Assembly (NCBI GenBank): GCA_041750285.1
Contig: JBGSZS010000019.1
Span: 147,590-211,589, forward strand
Length of the DNA: 64,000 nucleotides
Direction: 5' to 3'
DNA from: Candidatus Fermentibacteraceae bacterium
GTDB taxonomy: Bacteria; Fermentibacterota; Fermentibacteria; Fermentibacterales; JCC-6
Part shown: piece by piece, positions 30,653-39,734 of the stretch
Layout of the letters: each line of letters begins with the position of its first letter
Position numbering within the stretch: the stretch's first letter is position 1
Program-made: the position numbers and the translations under genes
The notes under the pieces: generated by a model
Database searches by the model: none
What the model was told of the DNA's origin: nothing
What the model saw: only the letters and a program-made list of their open reading frames with translations

Positions 30653-32140
30653 TTGGGGTACGATGACAGGTTGTGCGCGTTCCTCCTGAACGCCATAGAT
30701 GACATGGCGTTCCTCAAGGATGAGAACCTGCGGTACCTGTTCGTCAACAACGCGAATGCCGCCTTTTTCGGCAGAACACCCGGAGAAGTGACGGGCCTTA
30801 CCGACGCCGACCTCATGCCGCCGGAAAGCGCCCGTGCATGCCGGGAGAGCGATCTTTCCGCGCTTCGGTCGGGCAGCCTCGTGATAGGCGAGGAGAAGGC
30901 GGGCGACCGGACCTTCGAAACCCGGAAGTTCCCCGTGCCGCTGGCCAACGGCACGACGGGAGTGGGGGGGTTCATAAGGGACACCTCCGACAGGAGCATG
31001 CTTCAGGCGCAGCTGCTGCAGGCCCGAAAGATGGAGGCCGTTGGAAGGCTTGCGGGAGGAGTTGCACACGACTTCAACAATCTTCTTTCGGTCGTGCTGG
31101 GCTACTGCGAACTGCTCCTCGCGGAGGACGGCCTGTCGCAAAGGGTTGCGAGCGGCCTCGAGGCGATCCATGACGCGGGATGCAAGGCGCGTGACCTCAC
31201 CCGGCAGCTTCTCGCCTTCAGCAGAAGGCAGGTCCTCGACATCAGGGTCATCGATCTGGGCAAGGTCCTGACCGGAATGGGAAGCATCCTGAAGCACACC
31301 CTCGGTGACGACATAGTCATGGAGATCATTCTTCATCCGGAGCCGGTCCTGATCAATGCCGACAGCTCCCAGATCGAGCAGGTGATCCTGAACCTTGCCA
31401 TAAACTCCCGTGATGCAATGCCCGAAGGGGGGATACTCACCATCGAGTCGGGCATTTCACGGGTGGGGTCACCACCGGGAAGCGACGGGGAGGCGGCTGA
31501 CCGTGCCTTCATAAGGGTCGGGGATCAGGGCGTTGGAATGGATGCCGAAACGCTGGGCAACATCTTCGAACCGTTCTTCACCACGAAAACCCAGGAGAGG
31601 GGAACCGGCCTCGGGCTCTCGACGGTCTACGGAATCGTCAAACAGCACGGGGGAACGATTTCTGTGGTCAGCCATCCGGGCCAGGGCTCGATATTCACCA
31701 TCCACCTTCCCCTCTCGTCAGAAGCATTGCCCGATGCCGTCAATATCGATCCCCGAGGGAAAAACTCATCCATCCCCGCCACCATAATCGTCGTCGAGGA
31801 TGAGCCCATAGTGAGAAGCCTTGCGGCATGCATCCTCGAAAGCAGCGGGTACAGGGTTCTCGTTCCCAAAAGCACCGAAGATGCTGTGATGCTCGCGAGG
31901 GATTACACGGAGCCGATAGACCTTGTCCTGACAGACATGGTCATGCCCGGAATGAAGGGTCCCGAGGTTTACAGGGCCGTCCTCGAGACACATCAGGAAG
32001 CCAGGGTTCTCTACATGTCGGGCTACGCCAGCGGGGTCATCTCGAGCCATGGCCTGCTGCCGGACGCGGTGAATTTCATAAGAAAACCCTTTTCCGTCAC
32101 CGGTCTTCTGGAGAAGGTTGCCGAGGTTCTGAAGGTCTGA
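30653..32140 (+). CDS. PAS-HisKA-HATPase-REC hybrid sensor kinase (CckA-like)
   Basis: GGVAHDFNN H-box, QVILNLAINSRDAM, D.GVGM, FEPFFTTK, GTGLGL; REC domain VVEDE..LTDMVMP..KPF. Confidence 0.93.
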   Translation: MGYDDRLCAFLLNAIDDMAFLKDENLRYLFVNNANAAFFGRTPGEVTGLTDADLMPPESARACRESDLSALRSGSLVIGEEKAGDRTFETRKFPVPLANGTTGVGGFIRDTSDRSMLQAQLLQARKMEAVGRLAGGVAHDFNNLLSVVLGYCELLLAEDGLSQRVASGLEAIHDAGCKARDLTRQLLAFSRRQVLDIRVIDLGKVLTGMGSILKHTLGDDIVMEIILHPEPVLINADSSQIEQVILNLAINSRDAMPEGGILTIESGISRVGSPPGSDGEAADRAFIRVGDQGVGMDAETLGNIFEPFFTTKTQERGTGLGLSTVYGIVKQHGGTISVVSHPGQGSIFTIHLPLSSEALPDAVNIDPRGKNSSIPATIIVVEDEPIVRSLAACILESSGYRVLVPKSTEDAVMLARDYTEPIDLVLTDMVMPGMKGPEVYRAVLETHQEARVLYMSGYASGVISSHGLLPDAVNFIRKPFSVTGLLEKVAEVLKV

Positions 32141-32197
32141 TGAACGGCCGGGCTTTTCTGTCCAATGCCTGACCGCAAGCCATAAAGGAAAGGTGCC

Positions 32198-33961
32198 ATG
32201 AACGGATCATCCTACCCGGGTGGGCCTCTTCGGGACATCCACAGATTCGACACCATCCCCGCAATGCTCGACGCTTCTGCAGAGAAGTGGGGTGAGGGGG
32301 TGTTCATGCGCGAGACCACTCCGGACGGGAGAACGGTGGAGGTCTCGTTCAGGCGCATCCGTGAGATGTCCGAAGCTTTCGCCCGGGGACTTCTGGAACT
32401 GGGCGGGAAACCTGTCGTTGCCGTCACGGGAAGGAACGGGATAAGCTGGGCCGTTGCATTCCTGGGGACCATGAAGGCGGGGGGCGTGATCGTTCCCATA
32501 GACAAAGAGCTTTCTCCGGCAGACATCAGTGCCATCATCCATTACTCGGGTGCCGGGGTCTTCGTTTTCGACGGAGTGTTCCAGGAAGCTGTGCAGGGCC
32601 TTGTAAGCGCCGGCAAAGCGCACTGCGGCAGTCACTTCGTGATGAACTGCAGTGAGAAGCCGCTTTTCACGACCATCGAGCAGCTCATGAAAAGGGGCTC
32701 TGCAGCGTCCGCACCCCTTCCCGCACACACTGACCGCAACGCTGTTGCCGTCATCTCGTACACATCGGGAACCATGGGCGCCGCCAAGGGGGTCGTTCTC
32801 TCCCACGGCAACATCCTTAGCGACATTCAGATGATGCTATCCTCGGCGTACATCGAAAACGACGAGGTGTTCCTGTCCGTGCTTCCGTTCCACCACATGT
32901 ACGAGTGCGTCTGCGGTTTTCTCTGCCCCCTGCAGCATGGCTGCACTGTTGTGATATCCCGGGGGCTCAGGTACATACTGGAAGATATCTCCGGGAACGG
33001 CATTACCCTCATGCTCGGGGTTCCTCTTCTTTGGGAGGGTATGTACAGGAGGATCATCGGCCAGATCAGGGGCATGAAGGGAGGTTCCCTGAAGTTCGCC
33101 CTTGGAAAGGCTTTGTGCAGCGCGGGTGAGCTCCTCGGGAACCGGGGGATAAGGAAAAAGGTCTTTGCCCGTGTTCACGACCGGTTCGGGGGCAGGCTGC
33201 GGACACTGGTTTCGGGTGGCGCTGCGCTTGATGCCCAGGTCATGGGCGGGTTCGCCGATCTTGGGATAAGGATGCTGCAGGGTTACGGGCTCACCGAGTG
33301 TTCGCCCATCGTCGCGGTCTGCCGGTACGACGTGCGTGAGCCGGGAACCGTCGGACCGCCCCTACCCGACGTGGAAGTGAGGATAGACGACCCCGATCCG
33401 GAGGGCGCCGGGGAGATACTGGTCCGCGGCCCCAACGTGATGATCGGCTATCACAACGATCCGGCGGCCACCTCACGGGTCCTCTCCCCAGACGGCTGGT
33501 TCAGGACCGGGGACTTCGGGATCCTCCGCAACGGGATTCTTCGGGTTACGGGAAGGAAGAAGAACGTCATCGTTGCGAAGAACGGCAAGAACGTCTACCC
33601 CGAGGAACTCGAGCATGTTCTGAACCGCTGCGGGTACATCTCCGAAAGCCTTGTCTTCGGCAGGCAGTCCGAGACCAAGGGCGAGGAGATCTGGACCATC
33701 ATCTTCCCGGACTACGAGGCCCTGATCAACCTGGCAGAAAGCCGGGGTGCGAAGCTGACCGAGGAGTTCGGTCTGGGTGTGATCAGGGGCGAGATCGCCA
33801 GGGTCAACTCCCAGAACCCCTCCTACAAGAGGATATCCCACTTCATCCTCAGGGAGGGTGAGTTCCCGAAGACCACGACCAAGAAGATCAAAAGGCAGCA
33901 GGTGCTTCGTGAGGCAGGGCAAAGCACGGAGAGGGTTTTCGGGGTGACCGGCGGCGAGTAA
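32198..33961 (+). CDS. Long-chain acyl-CoA synthetase (AMP-binding family)
   Basis: YTSGTMGAAKGV, LPFHH, QGYGLTE, GWFRTGD, GRKKNVIV..NGKNVYPEE. Confidence 0.93.
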   Translation: MNGSSYPGGPLRDIHRFDTIPAMLDASAEKWGEGVFMRETTPDGRTVEVSFRRIREMSEAFARGLLELGGKPVVAVTGRNGISWAVAFLGTMKAGGVIVPIDKELSPADISAIIHYSGAGVFVFDGVFQEAVQGLVSAGKAHCGSHFVMNCSEKPLFTTIEQLMKRGSAASAPLPAHTDRNAVAVISYTSGTMGAAKGVVLSHGNILSDIQMMLSSAYIENDEVFLSVLPFHHMYECVCGFLCPLQHGCTVVISRGLRYILEDISGNGITLMLGVPLLWEGMYRRIIGQIRGMKGGSLKFALGKALCSAGELLGNRGIRKKVFARVHDRFGGRLRTLVSGGAALDAQVMGGFADLGIRMLQGYGLTECSPIVAVCRYDVREPGTVGPPLPDVEVRIDDPDPEGAGEILVRGPNVMIGYHNDPAATSRVLSPDGWFRTGDFGILRNGILRVTGRKKNVIVAKNGKNVYPEELEHVLNRCGYISESLVFGRQSETKGEEIWTIIFPDYEALINLAESRGAKLTEEFGLGVIRGEIARVNSQNPSYKRISHFILREGEFPKTTTKKIKRQQVLREAGQSTERVFGVTGGE

Positions 33962-33973
33962 CGCCGCCAGAAG

Positions 33974-34576
33974 ATGTGGAACGGGGATCGGACCATGACA
34001 GGAAGGCCTCGCAGAGCGATCGTAAGGCCCTGGAACATGCTTCTGATCGTTGGAATGCTGATTCTGGCCGTTCTGGCAGGCAGGATCGACGACAGAATTC
34101 CCGCGATTCCGCCCGGAATGGCATCGCACCTTGTACTGATGGCGGGAACCATTACCCTTGCAGTATTGGTGAAGGAGTGTCTGTCCTGCCTGAGGATGAG
34201 GAAGTGGCCCGTAGCCGGAGGCGTGGTGACCCGGTCCGAGATCGTCAGGATCGACGACGGAGAGAGCATCACCTACAGGCCTCTGGTGCAGTGCTCATAT
34301 CAGGTGGACGGAACAGGGCACCTTACTGAGGCGCTTCATCCGGGTTACGAAAACCATTCCTCATCGTTCGAATCACGCTGGCGGAAACTCGTTGAAAGCC
34401 ATCCGGTGGGCAGCGAGATAACGGTCACGTACAATCCACGGAACCACTCCGAAGCCTATCTTCGCAAAACCAGCACTGTCACCGCCGTCGTGGCGCTTTT
34501 CTTCACCCTTGCGCTTCTGGCCATTTATCTGCTTCTCTATTCGACCCACAATGCCTTTATCGCCCCGAAGCTGTAG
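33974..34576 (+). CDS. DUF3592 membrane protein
   Basis: WPVAGGVVTRS, YRP.V..SYQVDG, PVGSEITVTYNP.N.SEAYL with flanking TM helices. Confidence 0.8.
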   Translation: MWNGDRTMTGRPRRAIVRPWNMLLIVGMLILAVLAGRIDDRIPAIPPGMASHLVLMAGTITLAVLVKECLSCLRMRKWPVAGGVVTRSEIVRIDDGESITYRPLVQCSYQVDGTGHLTEALHPGYENHSSSFESRWRKLVESHPVGSEITVTYNPRNHSEAYLRKTSTVTAVVALFFTLALLAIYLLLYSTHNAFIAPKL

Positions 34577-35157
34577 GGAGTGAGGGCGAGTGGACCGTCG
34601 AACATAAGCTCCGACATGTTCTGGCCAAGGACGCCTGTGGGGGCGTAGATGTCCGAGTCGTTCTCCAGGGCCCTGTTGGCGCCGGTGTTCCACTTGTAGG
34701 TGAAAAACATGTTGGAGCCCCCCGACCAGATCAGCTCGACGATCAGGTTGTCGGTTCCGTTGTACCAGAACGGTGTGTCGAGGGCGATCGTCATCCACTG
34801 GTCGGGTGCGGCGGACATGGTTTGGGTCGGGGTTTCATAGACCAGGGTTCTGGTGCCGGGAACGTAGTTGTCCAGGAAGTTGTCCGAAAGCTGATCCGAA
34901 GACGCCAGCCCCATGTAGAGCTGGAAGTTGTTGTAGTACCCCGTCTCGGAGCCCGACGAGCCGCCCCGCTGCCAGGCTATCGAGCCTATTGTCATCGCGC
35001 CTGTCATCTCGGAAGAGAGCGCCATCACCTGATAGCGCATCATGCTTCCTCAAGACGCGCAGAAAGGGTCCATACTGGCGACATCGGGTGATCCGACAAC
35101 TACCGAGGCCCATCCCAGGCCCGCACAGAGCAACAGTGTTCCCGCTAGTGTTTTCAT
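34537..35157 (-). CDS. Putative exported selenoprotein (206 aa if TGA36 is Sec; CxxU motif) with a C-terminal SFGAIKALW tail
   Basis: RBS AAAGGAGG, then ATG 35157: MKTLAGTLLLCAGLGWASVVVGSPDVASMDPFCAS-TGA(35052-35050)-GS-MMRYQ..., in frame with the ORF-track 168-aa ORF; SECIS-like hairpin directly downstream. Confidence 0.8.
35011..35052 (-). promoter_or_regulatory. Bacterial SECIS-like element
   Basis: UGA-GGAAGCAUGAU-GCGCUAUC-AGGU-GAUGGCGC-UCU-CUUCC: an 8-bp upper stem starting 11 nt after UGA, apical loop AGGU, lower stem GGAAG/CUUCC. Confidence 0.75.
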
Positions 35158-35272
35158 GGGAACCTCCTTTCGGATATATCATACTAGATAGGTAGGAATT
35201 GTCCAGGACAAATGGCATTCCAACCCGGGAGTCGTTAGTGTAACAATGGTTCCAGAAACCGGAGGGTCGATC

Positions 35273-36373
35273 ATGAAAGGTAAGCTTTTTGGAGTGATGC
35301 TCATTTCTGTTTCCACCCTTCAGGCCCTTCAGGCCTTTTCATTCCCCGCCCCGGACGCGGGGAGAAGAATCCTGCCTTCCGCCGTCTGCTTCCTTCTGGA
35401 CGGACAGGTCCACAGACTCGCCCGGAACGGTGAAACACTTGTCCGGGTGACAGAGGAGGTCTTTCCGGTCGAGTCCTTCGATGTCTCTTCCGCCAATGGC
35501 GACATCGTTTTCGTGGCCGGGAACTCACTTGTGCTTCTGGAGGCTGACGGTGAGCGAAGGGTGCTTGTCGAGGGTGAGCCCCTGCCTCCCGCCGGGAGCG
35601 GTGTTGCACCCTTCAACGATGCCGCGCGCATTTCCGGCAGGATCACCTCCCCCAGATGGTCTCCCGACGGGTCCACGATCGCGTTCGTCCAGAACGGCCT
35701 CATGTCGGTCGATCCCGTTGACGGCGCGGTCACCGTGCTGCACCCCAACGGAGACCCCTTTGCGGCGGGCGAATGCCGCGTGATAAGCAGTGTCGATTCG
35801 TGGTCCCCGGACGGTACGCTGATACTCGTCACCTGCTACGATTACCCGCTGGAAAGCGTTTACGGCGTGTCCACCGCACTCAAGGCGATTGACGGGAACC
35901 TTTCCGTGCTGCAGGAGGGCCTGGGGAACCCCGCCTGGAGCTCCGACGGGCAGTCACTTTTCATCGGTTTTCCAACGGTTGGCGGACAGCAGTCGTTCTG
36001 CCGCCTTGAAGCCCCGGAGTGGCGCTGCACGTTGATAGGCGAGGAGGTTCCGGCACGGTCCTACTTCTTCTACGGATACCCCGGAGTTGCAGAGGACGGA
36101 AGCGTTTTCGTATTCATCGCAGGGGGTGCGGACCCCATGACCACCGACGGGATCTTTTCCCTTTACAGGGTCGATTCCAGCGGAGAGGGCGCAAACATAG
36201 CAAGGCTGGACAGCTACACGCTTCGTGAAGCTCTCTGGGCCGGCAACGCTTCCGGAGTCCTGCTCGTAAGGGGCGATGGCGGGCTGGTCTGGGTTCCCGC
36301 GAACGAAGGCGCCGCAAGCCTGCTCCCTGTGAACGGCGCCTCGGCTCTCAGGTGGGATCCCATGGGCAGGTAG
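35273..36373 (+). CDS. Exported TolB-like (PD40) beta-propeller protein
   Basis: Signal peptide; SPRWSPDGSTIAFV, WSPDGTLI, PAWSSDGQSL repeats. RBS GGAGGG before ATG 35273. Confidence 0.8.
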   Translation: MKGKLFGVMLISVSTLQALQAFSFPAPDAGRRILPSAVCFLLDGQVHRLARNGETLVRVTEEVFPVESFDVSSANGDIVFVAGNSLVLLEADGERRVLVEGEPLPPAGSGVAPFNDAARISGRITSPRWSPDGSTIAFVQNGLMSVDPVDGAVTVLHPNGDPFAAGECRVISSVDSWSPDGTLILVTCYDYPLESVYGVSTALKAIDGNLSVLQEGLGNPAWSSDGQSLFIGFPTVGGQQSFCRLEAPEWRCTLIGEEVPARSYFFYGYPGVAEDGSVFVFIAGGADPMTTDGIFSLYRVDSSGEGANIARLDSYTLREALWAGNASGVLLVRGDGGLVWVPANEGAASLLPVNGASALRWDPMGR

Positions 36374-36437
36374 CAGCGCCCGCCCGCTGCAGCTCCTCCA
36401 CTGGACAGCGCCGGTGCATCCTGTTAGAAAAACTTGC

Positions 36438-39400
36438 ATGGATACCACTCCAACTGACCCCACGGGAATCGATCCCCTGACCGGGCTTCGGAACCGGTCA
36501 CATCTCGATCTGCTCGAAACCTCCTTTGGCTCACGCATTGCAGTCTGGTCACTGATCATCCTTGATGTCGATCATTTCAAACTGATCAACGACATCTACG
36601 GCCATCTCACCGGAGACGATGTGCTCAGGCAGGTCGCCCGCACCATTCAGGTGAGCCTGAAGGCCTCCGATGTGCCCGTCAGGTTCGGTGGTGACGAGTT
36701 CATCATCGTGCTTCCCGACACCACAGGCGAGGGAGCGATGAATCTTGCGGAACGACTGATGAACGATGTCGGACGTCTGGGGAATCATTCCGGGCTGCGG
36801 GTCAGCCTCTCGATGGGAATCAGCCAGAGCCGGGATTCGGACGCCACGATCGCCGACATGATCGAAAGGGCCGACAAAGCCCTCTACCAGGCCAAGGAGA
36901 AGGGGCGGGGGCGCTTCTTCCTTTTCTCCGAGGGCTTGAAGCGGGACGGGCTGTCCGACATCAGCTTCTCCCACATGGTGGGAAGACGTCCCGAGCTGTC
37001 CAAGCTCAGACAACTCCTCGACGAGTCGGTCGCCGATTCCGCAAGGCTGGCCCTGGTGACAGGGGAGGCGGGAGTGGGCAAGAACAGGCTTCTCGATGAG
37101 CTCCTTCACTACTGCCGTTTCAGGAAAGTGACTGTCGAGCGCAGCATGGCTTTCGAGCACGTACGCCACCAGCCCTACGAACTCGTTGTACAGCCCCTGC
37201 AGAGCACGCTTGCGCAGCTCGACGAGGCCGCCCTCCTGCGGGTGCGCCAGGCCGTGGAGCCCGTTCATCCGGCAACGCTTGAACTCTTCCCTGGTATCGA
37301 AGCTTCAGTGATGGACGACACCCTCTACTTTCGTGACGAGAGGCTCAGGTTCAGGATTTTCCGCGATGTCGCGGCCCTCTATGCGGCTGTTTCTGCCATC
37401 AGTCCGATGGCCGTAATCCTTGACAACATGCAGTGGGCGCCCGAGCCCGACCTCGACATGCTTTCCTACGTGATCAGGAACACTTCGTCCTCGCACCTTC
37501 TTTTCGTCTGTCTTCTCCGCAGGAACGATGACGAGCCGGGGGTCTTTCAGAAGCTGCTCTCCCTGCGCTCATCGATACCCGTTCTTCACATCGAGCTTGG
37601 GCATCTCACGGCTCAGGAATCACGGAACATGATCCTTTTTGCACTGAAGGATCCCAATGTTCCCGATGCCCTTCAGGAGTTCCTCATACGCCAGAGCGGA
37701 GGAAATCCGCTTTTTCTGAGGGAGCTTGTGCTGTCACTGGTAAGCTCCGGCACCATAGTCACCACCCCCTCCGGAGAGAAGGCGTACAACTTTCCGCACA
37801 AGCTTGAGATCCCCGAGAGCATGGGACAGATCATCTCCTCCAGGCTTGCGCAGGTCGATGAACAAACCAGAAACGTTCTGCGCATTGCCTCCCTGTCCCC
37901 CGAGAATCTCACACTCGGTCTTCTCGAGAGCGTGGTGGGCGGTGATCCCACAGGGCTGGCGGAGAAGCTTGACACATCTGTGAAGCTTGGGCTTCTTGCC
38001 GAAACCATGGAACCCGGCGGCGAGGTGGGTTTCAGCTTTGCCCACGGCGCCGTGCAGGAGTTTCTGCGCCGTGAGCTGTCCGAATCACTGAAGCAGACCC
38101 ATCACCAGCGGATAGCCCGGTATCTCGAAGGACTTCACCTTTCAGGTCGTGATGATCTTCTGAGCACCGTTGCATACCATTTCACGCGGAGCCGCGATGC
38201 CGCAAAAGGCGCCGAATACTCACTGAAAGCCGCGGAGAGGGCTTGCTCCATGGGCGCGAACCGTCACGCCATCTCCTGGTTCCTCGACTTTCTGGAAAGG
38301 GCGGGAAGGGCCGGCGCAGACAGAAAAGCCCTTTTCCTTGCCAATCTCAAACTCGGGATGCTTTTCGTGATAACCTCCGAGGCTGGGAAGGCCGACACAT
38401 ATCTTAAGAAAGCCCTTGAACTCGCAGATGGCGCGGAAGAACTGGCCGCGGTTGAGTTCGGGCAGGGCAGGAGCTGTCATCAGAGAAGCAGATTCCCCGA
38501 GGCGATGGACCACTTCGTGAGAACAGTGACCCTTTGCGACGAGTGCACGGACAGTGATCCACTGGTAACGGGAACATCCGTGGATGCGAGGCTTGCGATC
38601 TCGTTCATATGCAGGCTGCGGGGCGAGTACGAAAGGGCGTTTCAATGGCTCGACAGCGCGCTCGACCTGCTTGTCAAGCTGGGCCGGGATGTCCGGCAGG
38701 ACCTCTGGGCGCTTTACCACATCAGAAGGGCCGACGTCCTGTCCGAGCGGGGCGAGGGGGAGGAGGCGCTCAGGCTTTACGACATTGCCCTCGACCTTTG
38801 CGCCAGGATCGGTGACCTCACCGGGGAATCCATGGTGCTGAACAACATGCACGGAAGCTACTCGAGTACCGGTGACTACGAAAGGGCGATGCACACACTG
38901 GAAAGGGTGGTTGACCTGACGCGAAGGCTGGATGACCGCCTGGGGCTGGCAATTGCCTACTACAACATAGCCGAGCACTTTCTTGAGCTCAACGGGCTAG
39001 CCTCTGCGAGGGTGTACTACGGCAAGTACATGGAACTCAGCCGCGAGATCGGCAACCTGCTGGGTCTCGGTTTCGGGCACTTCGGGCTGGGTTTCCTCAA
39101 CCAGATCGAAGGAAACGCCGCCGGGGCAGAAGCCTGTTACAAGAGGGCACTCGAGGTCTTTGAAGAGCTTGAGTGCGCCGAACCGATGGCCGGCTGCAGG
39201 CTTCGGCTTGCGGCCGTGCTTGTTCAGTCGGGCAATCTTGAAGGGGCACGGAAGCAGCTCGAAAAACTACAGGGGCATCAGCACCCTCCCTCCACCGAGT
39301 CCGAGATCCTCCATGTAAAGGGCATGCTGATGATGAGCGAGCCCGATGCCGGCCCCGAAAGGCTGAAAGAGGCGGCACGTTTCATCCGAGACTCGGTGAG

Positions 39401-39668
39401 CGGCCTCGAACAGGGTCATAACGCTCCCGAAGCAGCTCAAAGGTACACAACCCTGGCCCGGGCGCTGACCCTTTGCGGCGATGGGGGGAAAGCAAGGGAA
39501 GCACTGCTGGAAGGATGCGACCGGATCGCCGGCGAACTCGCACAGGTGAGGTCGGCCGCCGCTCGCAACAGCATAATGGGCCGCGCTGAGATCAAGGCTT
39601 TCCTCGGTCTGCTTGCGCGGGAAGGGCTGGATTTTCCCCCGCCGGGCAGAGAGTTCCCCCCGGACTGA
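36438..39668 (+). CDS. GGDEF-AAA(STAND-type NTPase)-TPR protein
   Basis: DPLTGLRN, DVDHFKLINDIYGH, RFGGDEF; VGRRPEL, Walker A GEAGVGKN, ILDNMQWA, SGGNPLFLREL, FSFAH; long C-terminal TPR array. Confidence 0.9.
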   Translation: MDTTPTDPTGIDPLTGLRNRSHLDLLETSFGSRIAVWSLIILDVDHFKLINDIYGHLTGDDVLRQVARTIQVSLKASDVPVRFGGDEFIIVLPDTTGEGAMNLAERLMNDVGRLGNHSGLRVSLSMGISQSRDSDATIADMIERADKALYQAKEKGRGRFFLFSEGLKRDGLSDISFSHMVGRRPELSKLRQLLDESVADSARLALVTGEAGVGKNRLLDELLHYCRFRKVTVERSMAFEHVRHQPYELVVQPLQSTLAQLDEAALLRVRQAVEPVHPATLELFPGIEASVMDDTLYFRDERLRFRIFRDVAALYAAVSAISPMAVILDNMQWAPEPDLDMLSYVIRNTSSSHLLFVCLLRRNDDEPGVFQKLLSLRSSIPVLHIELGHLTAQESRNMILFALKDPNVPDALQEFLIRQSGGNPLFLRELVLSLVSSGTIVTTPSGEKAYNFPHKLEIPESMGQIISSRLAQVDEQTRNVLRIASLSPENLTLGLLESVVGGDPTGLAEKLDTSVKLGLLAETMEPGGEVGFSFAHGAVQEFLRRELSESLKQTHHQRIARYLEGLHLSGRDDLLSTVAYHFTRSRDAAKGAEYSLKAAERACSMGANRHAISWFLDFLERAGRAGADRKALFLANLKLGMLFVITSEAGKADTYLKKALELADGAEELAAVEFGQGRSCHQRSRFPEAMDHFVRTVTLCDECTDSDPLVTGTSVDARLAISFICRLRGEYERAFQWLDSALDLLVKLGRDVRQDLWALYHIRRADVLSERGEGEEALRLYDIALDLCARIGDLTGESMVLNNMHGSYSSTGDYERAMHTLERVVDLTRRLDDRLGLAIAYYNIAEHFLELNGLASARVYYGKYMELSREIGNLLGLGFGHFGLGFLNQIEGNAAGAEACYKRALEVFEELECAEPMAGCRLRLAAVLVQSGNLEGARKQLEKLQGHQHPPSTESEILHVKGMLMMSEPDAGPERLKEAARFIRDSVSGLEQGHNAPEAAQRYTTLARALTLCGDGGKAREALLEGCDRIAGELAQVRSAAARNSIMGRAEIKAFLGLLAREGLDFPPPGREFPPD

Positions 39669-39681
39669 TCGCACAGGTCAC

Positions 39682-39721
39682 AAAGAAAGAAACGGCAGCC
39701 CCCCCGAAGGAAGGCTGCCGT
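39682..39721 (-). terminator. Rho-independent terminator for the aor operon
   Basis: Minus strand ACGGCAGCCUUCC-UUCG-GGGGGGCUGCCGU followed by UUCUUUCUUU. Confidence 0.85.
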
Positions 39722-39734
39722 CGATAAGGCCCCG

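Noticed and set aside
35050..35052. TGA as a genome-wide Trp/Gly reassignment or a simple pseudogene
   Set aside because: Many genes here end in TGA with ATGA/GTGA coupling, so the code is standard. The CxxU context plus the SECIS-like hairpin make a random nonsense mutation less likely, though not excluded.
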